From: Bdellovibrionales bacterium
GTDB taxonomy: Bacteria > Pseudomonadota > Alphaproteobacteria > UBA2400
Assembly (NCBI GenBank): GCA_039808765.1
Contig: JBDHTQ010000004.1
Span: 4,642 to 68,641 of the forward strand
Reading direction: 5' to 3'
DNA length: 64,000 nt
Part shown: in pieces, positions 52,361 to 61,407 of the stretch
Position numbering within the stretch: the stretch's first letter is position 1
Layout of the letters: each line of letters starts with the position of its first letter
Made by a program: the position numbers and the translations under genes
The notes under the pieces: model-generated
What the model was told of the DNA's origin: nothing
The model's database searches: none
The model's input: only the letters and a program-made list of their open reading frames with translations

Positions 52361-53800
52361 ATGATGAAAAGACTTGCGATCGTGGGCCGACCGAATGTCG
52401 GTAAGTCCACGTTGTTCAATCGATTGGTAGGAAAGCAACTTGCAATTGTTTATGATACCCCTGGCGTGACCCGTGATTGGAAAGAAAACCCGGCGCGCTT
52501 GGGTGATCTGGAGTTTTTGGCTGTTGATACCGCAGGGATTGAAAAAGCAGTTAAGGGCGACGTTATCTTAACGGGTATGAAAGAACAGACCGAAAAACTT
52601 TTACAAAAAGTGGATGCTGTTCTGTTTGTTGTTGATGGTCGTACGGGCTTAACTGAAGCCGATAAAACGATAGGCCTTATCTTGCGTAAACTTGATGTGC
52701 CTGTTGTTTTGGTCGCGAACAAATGCGAAGGCCGACAGGATTTATCCGATATTTACGGATTGGGACTGGGGGAGCCTATCCCTATTTCCGCCGCTCATGG
52801 AACCGGACTTGCTGATCTGTACGATGCATTGCAACCGCATTTGAGCCAGCCTGATGATGATCGTGGTGATGGGGTCAGCGATGCCATGCAAGAAATTGAA
52901 AGCGTGGAGGCCATCGAGGCACGGGCCGCAGCATCAAGTGATGATGATGCACCTGTTTTAACCTCGCGCCGTCCTGACAAGCCGATCCATCTGGCTTTGG
53001 TCGGGCGCCCGAATGTGGGAAAATCGACGCTGCTTAATGCCTTTCTTGGTGAAGAGCGTGTGCTGGTCAGCCCCATAGCGGGCACGACCCGTGACACGAT
53101 CAGCAGTGATTGGCAATGGAACGATCAAAGGTTTCGTTTGGTTGATACGGCGGGTTTACGTCGTAAAGCGCGCATTGATGAAAAATTAGAAAAGATGGCC
53201 ACAGCGGAGACATTGCGGGTTGTGCGTCTGGCAGAAATTGTGGTGTTGGTTTTGGATGCCAATATTGCGCTTGAACAGCAGGATCTGACCATTGCCGATT
53301 TGGTTTTGCGTGAAGGTCGTGCGCTGGTGATTGCGCTCAATAAGTGGGATACTGTGAAAGAGCAGGCTGCATTGCTGCGCGAGATTCGCTTTCGCCTTGA
53401 TGAATCATTGCAACAAGCAAAAGGCATTGCTGTTGTTCCGATTTCGGCCTTAAAAGGGCGTAAGCTTGATCAACTTTTAGCGGCGGTGATCGATACGTAT
53501 GATGTTTGGGATAAGCGCGTTTCAACAGGACAGCTTAATCGATGGTTAGACGTGATGGTCGAAAGTCATGCACCACCACTTGTCGATGGGCGACGTATAA
53601 AAATTCGTTATATGACCCAACGCAAAGGCCGCCCGCCCACCTTTGTTTTGTTTTGTGGCACACACGCCAAGCCACCTGAAAGTTATCTGCGCTATCTCAC
53701 CAATGGATTGCGTGAGCGGTTTGATTTTCCTGGTGTGCCGATCCGTTTTGAAATTAAACGCAGCAAAAACCCCTATGCAGATGATAAAAAAGAAGGATAA
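52361..53800 (+). CDS. der: GTPase Der (EngA) with two tandem G domains
   Basis: LAIVGRPNVGKSTLFNRL and LALVGRPNVGKSTLLNAF are the two G1 motifs. A KH-like C-terminus follows. Confidence 0.95.
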   Translation: MMKRLAIVGRPNVGKSTLFNRLVGKQLAIVYDTPGVTRDWKENPARLGDLEFLAVDTAGIEKAVKGDVILTGMKEQTEKLLQKVDAVLFVVDGRTGLTEADKTIGLILRKLDVPVVLVANKCEGRQDLSDIYGLGLGEPIPISAAHGTGLADLYDALQPHLSQPDDDRGDGVSDAMQEIESVEAIEARAAASSDDDAPVLTSRRPDKPIHLALVGRPNVGKSTLLNAFLGEERVLVSPIAGTTRDTISSDWQWNDQRFRLVDTAGLRRKARIDEKLEKMATAETLRVVRLAEIVVLVLDANIALEQQDLTIADLVLREGRALVIALNKWDTVKEQAALLREIRFRLDESLQQAKGIAVVPISALKGRKLDQLLAAVIDTYDVWDKRVSTGQLNRWLDVMVESHAPPLVDGRRIKIRYMTQRKGRPPTFVLFCGTHAKPPESYLRYLTNGLRERFDFPGVPIRFEIKRSKNPYADDKKEG

Positions 53801-53870
53801 TCTTTTATATCTACCACAAATGCGGCACAGAACAGCTGCATAAAAGGAGCTTTATGAGGGGGCTAGGCAA

Positions 53871-54278
53871 ATGCGATTAGGCGAACAGCTCATTAAAAAC
53901 GGTTCGTTGAAACCACACCAACTGCATGCGGCACTGTGTGTGCAAAAAAAGTATCCCTTTCGGTTAGGAAAAATTTTGCATCAACTGGGTATGATTGGAA
54001 AAGGAGCCTTATTAAAGGCTATTTTAATGCAAAAATTTTCAGGTTATTTTTCGCGTTCGCATACCCCGCCTGTCTTGAATTATGTTGCGCGGGGAGAGCT
54101 TTTGCTTGAGCAATTGAATCGCAAAAATCAAGATATTAAATGTGAGATCAAGAGCGGCAACCCACAGCATCCGCGCCAGTATCGTGGCGAGTGGTGCAGT
54201 TATAAAACGAAACATCTTGGCAAAGTGATTGATAAAGATGATGTCGTGGCGCGCAATCTGGAAACGCACAACTTTTAG
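53871..54278 (+). CDS. Hypothetical small protein with a T2SSE_N/MshEN-like N-terminal motif
   Basis: LGEQLIKNGSLKPHQLHAALCVQKKYPFRLGKILHQLGMIGKGALLKAIL follows the LGE.L...G.I...QL..AL..Q...G.RLGEIL..LG.I pattern of GspE N-terminal domains. RBS aaaggag. Confidence 0.35.
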   Translation: MRLGEQLIKNGSLKPHQLHAALCVQKKYPFRLGKILHQLGMIGKGALLKAILMQKFSGYFSRSHTPPVLNYVARGELLLEQLNRKNQDIKCEIKSGNPQHPRQYRGEWCSYKTKHLGKVIDKDDVVARNLETHNF

Positions 54279-54302
54279 CTTTTTAAAGGGCGATTAAAAA
54301 AC

Positions 54303-55274
54303 ATGACGTCTTCTCCAATTTCTGCCGATTTACGACCTGATACAACCATTGATTCACACCTTGTTTTTGATGTGCCGTTTTCTACTGCTATTCCTGCTTT
54401 TTCCATCAAAACAGACTATGTGCCGGATATTGATCCCAGTTATCACTTTGATCCGGATACCACGCGCGCCATTTTAGCCGGGTTCGCTTATAATCGTCGC
54501 GTGATGGTGCAGGGATTTCATGGAACAGGAAAATCCACGCATATTGAGCAGGTGGCCGCGCGACTTAACTGGCCATTGATGCGTATTAATTTGGATAGTC
54601 ACATCAGTCGCATTGATTTAATCGGTCGTGATGCAATTGTGATTAAGGACGGAATGCAAATCACGGAATTTAAAGAAGGGTTGCTTCCTTGGGCATTGCA
54701 GCATCCTGTGGCTTTATTGTTTGATGAGTATGATGCGGGTCGCCCTGATGTGATGTTCGTGATTCAACGGGTTCTAGAAGTTGAAGGCAAGCTTACCTTG
54801 CTTGATCAAAATCGAGTTGTGCATCCGCATTCTTCGTTTCGACTTTTTGCTACTGCCAATACGGTGGGGTTAGGTGATGCAAGTGGGCTGTATCATGGAA
54901 CGCAGCAAATCAACCAAGGTCAAATGGATCGTTGGAATATTGTGGCTTCACTAAATTATTTACCACATGATGAGGAAGTAAAAATCGTATTAGCCAAGGC
55001 GCCGATGTATGCAGCGTCGACAGAGGGGAAAAAGATTGTTGAAAATATGGTGCGGCTGGCTGATTTGACGCGCTCAGCCTTTATGAACGGTGATATTTCG
55101 ACGGTTATGTCCCCGCGTACCGTAATTGCCTGGGCGCAAAATGCTGAAATATTTGATCATGATATTGCTTATGCCTTTCGCTTGAGCTTCTTGAACAAAT
55201 GTGATGACGTCGAGCGTGATGCACTCGCTGAATTTTATCAGCGCTGTTTTGGGCAAGAATTGTTAAAAGCATAA
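54303..55274 (+). CDS. cobS: CobS-type MoxR-like AAA+ ATPase (aerobic cobaltochelatase subunit CobS homologue)
   Basis: [52 protein letters not shown]...[21 protein letters not shown] is near-identical in pattern to characterised CobS. No cobT follows. Confidence 0.85.
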   Translation: MTSSPISADLRPDTTIDSHLVFDVPFSTAIPAFSIKTDYVPDIDPSYHFDPDTTRAILAGFAYNRRVMVQGFHGTGKSTHIEQVAARLNWPLMRINLDSHISRIDLIGRDAIVIKDGMQITEFKEGLLPWALQHPVALLFDEYDAGRPDVMFVIQRVLEVEGKLTLLDQNRVVHPHSSFRLFATANTVGLGDASGLYHGTQQINQGQMDRWNIVASLNYLPHDEEVKIVLAKAPMYAASTEGKKIVENMVRLADLTRSAFMNGDISTVMSPRTVIAWAQNAEIFDHDIAYAFRLSFLNKCDDVERDALAEFYQRCFGQELLKA

Positions 55275-55440
55275 TGATTAAAACCTAAGTTTTGCCTTCG
55301 TGCGTGCTTCAGAGGGTGTTTTTTGGTTTTGCCGCATTGTATATATGACATTGCCTGCATAGAGACTGGCCTTTTAATTTTGTTGACAATGCTTGTGGAT
55401 CTCTCTAGCTTTTGCACGTAGGATTTGAAAGGATTAAGTC

Positions 55441-55704
55441 ATGGTAGGTTTAGGTAAAAAATTTAAGAAATTAACGGACCAAACGCCTGCAGACTTGCTC
55501 CAGTTCGCATCTGGAGCTTTTGCAGCCGTTAGTGTGGCTGCTATGCTCGCTGGCCTCTTAAAGCTTTCTCCTGTAATTATTGAACGCTTAAGTCGCTCCG
55601 CAACCTCCCAAGACACAAATATACCGGCTTTTAAGTGTGTTCAATACCGATCCTCATCGCGTGGCGGTGGAAGCGACTCCCCTACTGGACCGACGAGGCG
55701 TTAA
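55441..55704 (+). CDS. Hypothetical small protein (87 aa) with one hydrophobic segment
   Basis: ORF only (GAFAAVSVAAMLAGLL); it could be non-coding. Confidence 0.2.
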   Translation: MVGLGKKFKKLTDQTPADLLQFASGAFAAVSVAAMLAGLLKLSPVIIERLSRSATSQDTNIPAFKCVQYRSSSRGGGSDSPTGPTRR

Positions 55705-55845
55705 TGTCTTAGCAAACCCAAACAATCCCCGATGAATGATTCAGTGGCACTCCTGATCTTTTCTGCTCATAATACAAACATGCTGCGCATAAAAAATGAT
55801 TGTTGTTTAAAAAAGTATATTGAGGTTTAAAGGAGAAAATTTAAG

Positions 55846-56202
55846 ATGGGTTTATATAGAAGAAGACGAGATAGATGGGAACCATCACTGAGGCATCGTA
55901 CCTCACTAACGGAAGTTTTTGTCTGTACGGCTATTGTTGGTATTATGGGGGTTATTGGCTATCAGGCTTACACTGGTGACATGTTTGGGTATACTCCAGA
56001 TGAAAGCGCTCGGATTAGGCGCGATTTTGAAAGTTGTGGCCAAAATATAAAAGACTTACAAAGTTTTCTGTTTAATCGGAATTATCGAGCTTTTGCTCAG
56101 CACTACGATGAAACTGTTATCGTCTGCAATCGCACGGGTGATTATGATTATATCAACGATGTGACAGAGCTTGGTCGTCGAGCGAGACTTGTGCATCAAT
56201 AG
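55846..56202 (+). CDS. Candidate type IV (pre)pilin-like protein with atypical leader
   Basis: Strong RBS aaaggag 8 bp upstream. A basic leader MGLYRRRRDRWEPSLRHR is followed by TSLTEVFVCTAIVGIMGVIGYQAYTGD, which resembles the pilin N-terminal alpha-1 helix ([27 protein letters not shown]; TcpA ...LEVIIVLGIMGVV). Two C-terminal Cys (ESCGQ...VCNRTG) could form a D-region disulfide. There is no Gly at -1. Confidence 0.35.
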   Translation: MGLYRRRRDRWEPSLRHRTSLTEVFVCTAIVGIMGVIGYQAYTGDMFGYTPDESARIRRDFESCGQNIKDLQSFLFNRNYRAFAQHYDETVIVCNRTGDYDYINDVTELGRRARLVHQ

Positions 56203-56359
56203 TTTTTGCTCATAAATGGTTGTGTTCAACAGAAGCCGTAACGCAGCACTGTGCGCTTTTCATTTTTTGTTGATTCTAGCCTTTAAAAATGATTGCCGTT
56301 GAAAAAAGTAAAGAAAATAGGATATAACAAACCCGCAGTTTCAAAGGGCTCGTTTTCTC

Positions 56360-57964
56360 ATGACCAGTATAGCACAGGATCAAATAGCACGTCGTCGCAC
56401 TTTTGCGATTATTGCCCATCCCGACGCGGGAAAAACGACACTCACGGAAAAGCTATTGTTGTTTGGTGGTGCAATACAAATGGCGGGTGCTGTGCGGGCA
56501 AAGGGCGATGCACGCCGAGCAAAGTCCGACTGGATGGCGATTGAGCGGGATCGTGGTATTTCGGTGGCCACTTCGGTTATGAATTTTGAATTTGCCGACC
56601 GTGTTTTTAATTTGCTTGATACACCGGGCCACCAGGATTTTTCTGAAGATACCTATCGCACGTTGACCGCGGTTGACAGTGCGGTCATGGTATTAGATGG
56701 GGCCAAAGGGATTGAAAGTCAAACGCGTAAGTTGTTTGAGGTTTGCCGTTTGCGCGACATGCCAATCATCACATTCATCAATAAATTTGACCGTGAATCC
56801 CGTGACCCACTTGAGTTGCTTGATGAAATTGAGCAAACGCTTGCCCTTACCGTTACACCGGCGAGTTGGCCCATTGGTATGGGGATCGATTTTAAAGGTT
56901 GCTATGATTTGATCAGGGATCAACTTATGCTTTTCGATCATCATGACAACAAGCGTGTTGTTGATGCCATTGTTTGCACTGGTTTGAACGATCCTAAAAT
57001 TGAAGAGCATATTGGTGCAGATGAAGCGTCTAAATTAAGGGAGCAAGTTGCGCTTGTGCGTGAAATTTGTCCACCCTTTGATCGCCAAAGCTATTTGGAA
57101 GGGCACCTAACCCCTGTCTTTTTCGGTTCAGCAATTAACAATTTTGGTGTGCGTGAACTGCTGCAAGGGTTGGCTGATTATGCGCCTTCGCCGCGTTTGG
57201 CTCCCACCAGTGCGCGTGACATTGATCCGAATGAAAAGCCGACGACAGGATTTGTGTTTAAGGTTCAAGCCAATATGGATCCCAAGCATCGCGACCGTAT
57301 CGCGTTTGTGCGACTCTGTTCGGGTCATTTTCAGCGGGGTCAGAAACTACGTCATGTGCGGGCGGGTAAGGACATTTCTGTTAACAATGCGGTGTTATTT
57401 ATGGCGCGTGATCGCGAGCTGGCGGAAGATGCATGGCCGGGTGATATTATCGGTATCCCCAATCACGGCACGTTACGCATCGGGGATGCATTAACTGAGG
57501 GTGAGATGTTACGTTTTACCGGTGTGCCATCTTTTGCGGCAGAATTACTGCAGCGTGTGCGTCCCCTTGATCCGATGCAAGCCAAGCATTTGCAAAAAGC
57601 GCTTGAGCATTTTGCCGAAGAAGGGGCAAGTCAATTTTTCAAGCCCTTCATTGGTTCTGATCTCATTGTGGGGGTTGTGGGGCAGCTTCAGTTTGATGTT
57701 TTGGCAGCGCGTATTAAAGCCGAGTATAATCTTGACGTACGGTTTGAGCCTGCACCATATGATGCCGCTCGCTGGGTTGAATGTGATGATCATAAGCAAT
57801 TGCAAGCATTTTTAGATGCAAATCGAGGTGCTTGTGGTGAAGACCATGATGGTTTTCCCGTTTTTCTTGCGCGTAACAGCTGGTCTCTTTCCCGCGCTCA
57901 GGAGGACTATCCGCATATTCGCTTCAAGATTACGCGCGAACAGGCGTTAAGTGCTACCAACTAA
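56360..57964 (+). CDS. prfC: Peptide chain release factor 3
   Basis: RRTFAIIAHPDAGKTTLTEKLLLFGGAIQMAGAVRAKG is the canonical RF3 N-terminus. Confidence 0.95.
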   Translation: MTSIAQDQIARRRTFAIIAHPDAGKTTLTEKLLLFGGAIQMAGAVRAKGDARRAKSDWMAIERDRGISVATSVMNFEFADRVFNLLDTPGHQDFSEDTYRTLTAVDSAVMVLDGAKGIESQTRKLFEVCRLRDMPIITFINKFDRESRDPLELLDEIEQTLALTVTPASWPIGMGIDFKGCYDLIRDQLMLFDHHDNKRVVDAIVCTGLNDPKIEEHIGADEASKLREQVALVREICPPFDRQSYLEGHLTPVFFGSAINNFGVRELLQGLADYAPSPRLAPTSARDIDPNEKPTTGFVFKVQANMDPKHRDRIAFVRLCSGHFQRGQKLRHVRAGKDISVNNAVLFMARDRELAEDAWPGDIIGIPNHGTLRIGDALTEGEMLRFTGVPSFAAELLQRVRPLDPMQAKHLQKALEHFAEEGASQFFKPFIGSDLIVGVVGQLQFDVLAARIKAEYNLDVRFEPAPYDAARWVECDDHKQLQAFLDANRGACGEDHDGFPVFLARNSWSLSRAQEDYPHIRFKITREQALSATN

Positions 57965-58106
57965 TTTCTTTAACTTTTTCAGTGATCCCCAATTTCATAA
58001 AAAGTGGGTTATGATTTGCCTTTAAACGTAAGGTTGATGTGTGGTAGGAAAAAATAATGAGTATTGATAATAAAAAAGCTCACCCCCTTCTAGAAGGGCT
58101 CAGCTT

Positions 58107-58457
58107 GTGAGTGGCGGTGGTGAACCACGCGCGCAACCGTCGTCTTTACTTGAAAGAGTTGAGGCGCGTGAAGCTCGTGAGGCCAGGGCACGTAAACAAC
58201 TGCAAAAACAAGGATGCAAATGTGCTTTTTGCTCAAGAGTAATAAGGCTTGATTGTAAACTGGGGGTTGGATTTTTTATGGCGCCACCCCTCAATTTGTC
58301 GGGCGGAAGCTGTAAAGTTACCTTGCTTGTTAATCGCGGTGTGGTGTGCTATAAATGCTTTAATGTGCTAAGTCTTAATTATCAAGAAGCCGGGGCCGAT
58401 GCTGCGACTAAAATGCTGAGTAAAATTAAATCGCCGGGACAATTTACACTCATCTAA
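58107..58457 (+). CDS. Hypothetical Cys-rich small protein (possible zinc-ribbon)
   Basis: CKCAFC ... CYKC pairs are present. It lies in an AT-rich islet and may not be coding. Confidence 0.25.
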   Translation: MSGGGEPRAQPSSLLERVEAREAREARARKQLQKQGCKCAFCSRVIRLDCKLGVGFFMAPPLNLSGGSCKVTLLVNRGVVCYKCFNVLSLNYQEAGADAATKMLSKIKSPGQFTLI

Positions 58458-58490
58458 AAAGAATATTTTAAAATTATTTTTTGTGTATTT

Positions 58491-58919
58491 ATGAGGAAGG
58501 TTATTATGAAGAAAGTAGTGCATCCATGGCAAGCGCTGGCAGGGGGAGCGACCGGGAGCTCAAAAAATATTCTTACCGCTTTGTGTAAACTGCAGGGGGG
58601 CGTGTGTGCCTATTGTGGTGAACCTATGGTTCCACAGCAAACAGGGCATCTTAGGAAACAAGCTTTAAGAGAATATCTGAGGGATCCACGTCGACCCACC
58701 ATTGATCATGTTATGCCAATTTCAGCTGGTGGATCTCTAACAAAAGACAATTTGGTCGCTGCGTGCCATGCCTGCAACGAATTAAAGAGTTCGCGTGACC
58801 CTGTTGAGTTCTGGCGCTGGATGACGGGGAGACCACAACATTATCCAAAAGCAGGATGGAGACCCCCACGTACGTATAAAGGGCCAGATTTAGTGATGAT
58901 GGCCAGTGGTTGTGGCTGA
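58491..58919 (+). CDS. HNH endonuclease (copy 1)
   Basis: CAYCGEPM...IDHVMPISAGGSLTKDNLVAACHACNELKSS is an HNH motif. Confidence 0.7.
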   Translation: MRKVIMKKVVHPWQALAGGATGSSKNILTALCKLQGGVCAYCGEPMVPQQTGHLRKQALREYLRDPRRPTIDHVMPISAGGSLTKDNLVAACHACNELKSSRDPVEFWRWMTGRPQHYPKAGWRPPRTYKGPDLVMMASGCG

Positions 58920-59391
58920 CAGTAATTTTTTGGTGAATTTATAAAGATTCATGAAGTTTTTTAATTTAATAGAGAGGCCCACACCTGATGGCTGATTACT
59001 CAGAGGGGAATGCTTCTCCTAATATTGTTTGAAAACATATGTAAGAACCCCCTAGAAAAGCGCTCATGCTTGTTTCCTGTGGATACGTCTAATTGTGCTG
59101 GGGCTACAAAGGGGGCGTTGTGCGAATTGCTTTCGCGTATTTCTGTACAGCTGGGGTGGTGCTTGCGCGATTTCCAGCCATTCATCACCCCTAAATACCC
59201 TTGTCTGTTGATTTCTCAACAAAAGTATGTTGTTGGGGCTGTCACACTAAGTTGAAAAAAGTTTTGCAGCATGGCGTGGTGACGACATCAGGCGTTTTTT
59301 TTGATTGACAGCTTAGGCTGCACATCTGCAATCTAAGCTTGGATTGTATTAATGAGCATACTACTTTCAGTAACTGTATGAGGTTGGTGCA

Positions 59392-59772
59392 ATGAAAGGT
59401 CAAGGACCCCAACTCCCTATTTCTGGAGGTTTTAGGTCTCAAGGTCAAGTTAACGGGCTTGCTTTTTATGTCGTGAACTGTGGCCAGGCAAGGGTTTCTC
59501 GGCAATATCTTTTTGCACTTCAGAACGGCATATGCGCTTATTGCGGCATTCAAATGACGTTAGAGAGTGATCATGATCACAGTGTTACGCGAGATCATGT
59601 TTTTCCGCGATCGCGCGGTGGCCCAACCGCGCTCTTTAATCTTGTCGGAGCGTGCCGTCACTGCAATCGATCAAAAGGAAGTTCTCTTCTCCATGATTTT
59701 CTCTGTTTTCATTCTAAAAAAGGCTACGCCGTAAACTGGCGACCCCATCGTTTCTATCGCTCATTGCATTAA
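59392..59772 (+). CDS. HNH endonuclease (copy 2), paralogous to 58491-58919
   Basis: LQNGICAYCGIQM...DHVFPRSRGGPTALFNLVGACRHCNRSKGS shares the LQ.G.CAYCG...DHV.P.S.GG...NLV.AC..CN..K.S pattern with copy 1. Confidence 0.7.
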   Translation: MKGQGPQLPISGGFRSQGQVNGLAFYVVNCGQARVSRQYLFALQNGICAYCGIQMTLESDHDHSVTRDHVFPRSRGGPTALFNLVGACRHCNRSKGSSLLHDFLCFHSKKGYAVNWRPHRFYRSLH

Positions 59773-59800
59773 TTGGCTAGATAAAGGTGAAATGATTTTA

Positions 59801-60403
59801 TCACGTGGCAAAAACACGGGAGGTGAGCAGCTTCCTAAAAGCTTGTGCGCGATGGCTTGCTTCTTCTTTTCTTTCGCGGCTCATTTCGGCGTACGTTAAA
59901 GGGGGACCGTGACCATTGTGCGGGACAAAGGTTGGATCAAAGCCGAACCCATTGTTTCCGCGTGGTGGCCATGCCCATTGACCATCAACGCGACCTTCAA
60001 AAATTTCTGTTGAGCCATGCGGATGTGCGAGGGCTAAAACACAAAAGGCTTGAGCACGATCATCACCGTTGGCTTCGGCAATTAGGCGATCATTGATTTG
60101 TGTGAGACCGATTATCCCTTGTTTGACCCAATGGGCAGTGTTAACACCCGGCCAGCCTTTTAAGCCTAAGAGGCACAATCCACTGTCATCGGCCAAGGCC
60201 ATTAGACCTGTGGCTTGCGCGGCGGCTTGGGCTTTTATTGAGGCGTTTTCAGCGAAGGTTGTCCCTGTTTCATCGGGTTCGGGTAGTCCGATTTTACCCG
60301 CGCTTAAAACCTCCCATCCCAGAGGTGCGAGCAGATTTTTCAGCTCAGTAACTTTTCCTGCATTGTGCGTTGCTAGAACCAGCGTTTTTGAATGTGCCGC
60401 CAT
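59801..60403 (-). CDS. rdgB: Non-canonical purine NTP pyrophosphatase (RdgB/Ham1 family)
   Basis: LVLATHNAGKVTELKNLL...FAENASIKA...DDSGLC are Ham1 family motifs. Confidence 0.85.
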   Translation of the reverse strand: MAAHSKTLVLATHNAGKVTELKNLLAPLGWEVLSAGKIGLPEPDETGTTFAENASIKAQAAAQATGLMALADDSGLCLLGLKGWPGVNTAHWVKQGIIGLTQINDRLIAEANGDDRAQAFCVLALAHPHGSTEIFEGRVDGQWAWPPRGNNGFGFDPTFVPHNGHGPPLTYAEMSRERKEEASHRAQAFRKLLTSRVFAT

Positions 60404-60420
60404 ATTAAATCAGAGGCGCT

Positions 60421-61287
60421 CTACGCTTCTTCTTTTGCCATTGTCTTTTTCATGTCGGCCAGTAAGTCGGCCGTAGTGCCAACCGTATTGACGTTCAGCA
60501 TACCGACAGTGTGGTATCCAGCATCGACGTGCAATACTTCGCCGGTAACGCCGCTGCCGAGCTCAGACAGCAAAAAGAGCGCCGAGCCACCGACTTCATT
60601 TTGCGTGACATTGCGATTAAGCGGTGCGTTGGCCGCATTCCACTTAAGGATATAGTTGAAGTCACCGATCCCGCTGGCGGCAAGCGTTTTGATGGGGCCA
60701 GCCGAAATAGCGTTTACGCGAATGTTGTTGGCACCCAGATCGGTTGCTAGATAACGCACGCTTGCTTCAAGTGCGGCTTTAGCAACGCCCATTACGTTGT
60801 AGTGCGGCATCACGCGTTCTGCGCCGTAATAGCTGAGTGTGATCATGCTGCCGCCATTTTTCATCAGACGGGCTGCGCGTTGGGCGACGGCGGTAAACGA
60901 GTAGCAGCTGATGTCCATCGTCTTGTTAAAATTCGCGCGGGTGGTGTTTAGGTACAAGCCATCCAGTTCGCTTTTATCAGAGAAAGCGATTGCATGAACG
61001 ATAAAGTCCAACTCGCCCCATTCTTTTTCTACAGCGGCAAAGGTCGCGTCGATTGCGGCGTCATCACAAACATCACACGGCACCACGAGGGTGCTGTTGA
61101 CCGAGGCAGCGAGTGGACGTACGCGTTTTTCTAAAGCATCTCCCTGAAAGGTAAAACCCAGTTGTGCGCCATGGAGGGCAGCTTGTTGGGCGATTCCCCA
61201 AGCAATAGAGCGATCATTGGCCACGCCCATGATCAGACCTTTTTTACCAGCAAGCAGTGACGAAACGGGAGACGTTGTAGCAGACAT
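60421..61287 (-). CDS. fabI: Enoyl-ACP reductase (NADH) FabI
   Basis: LLAGKKGLIMGVANDRSIAWGIA and the YxxxxxxK region are typical of FabI. Confidence 0.9.
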   Translation of the reverse strand: MSATTSPVSSLLAGKKGLIMGVANDRSIAWGIAQQAALHGAQLGFTFQGDALEKRVRPLAASVNSTLVVPCDVCDDAAIDATFAAVEKEWGELDFIVHAIAFSDKSELDGLYLNTTRANFNKTMDISCYSFTAVAQRAARLMKNGGSMITLSYYGAERVMPHYNVMGVAKAALEASVRYLATDLGANNIRVNAISAGPIKTLAASGIGDFNYILKWNAANAPLNRNVTQNEVGGSALFLLSELGSGVTGEVLHVDAGYHTVGMLNVNTVGTTADLLADMKKTMAKEEA

Positions 61288-61407
61288 AACACACCTTTTT
61301 GATTGAATTTGGGGTGAGATTACACAGTATCACCTATTTTTCAATGTTTTTGTGGTTTTCGTGCGTAAATTTCTTGACTTTAGGGGGCATTGCACGACAA
61401 GGTGCGC

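Noticed and set aside
55275-55440. TTGACA-containing putative promoter downstream of cobS
   Set aside because: Only a -35-like hexamer is convincing. The -10 is poor, and the downstream 87 aa ORF is itself doubtful.
55441-55704. 87 aa ORF as a Flp-type pilin
   Set aside because: The hydrophobic segment lacks the G/XXXXEY Flp motif and an acidic residue at +5. It is kept only as a low-confidence hypothetical.
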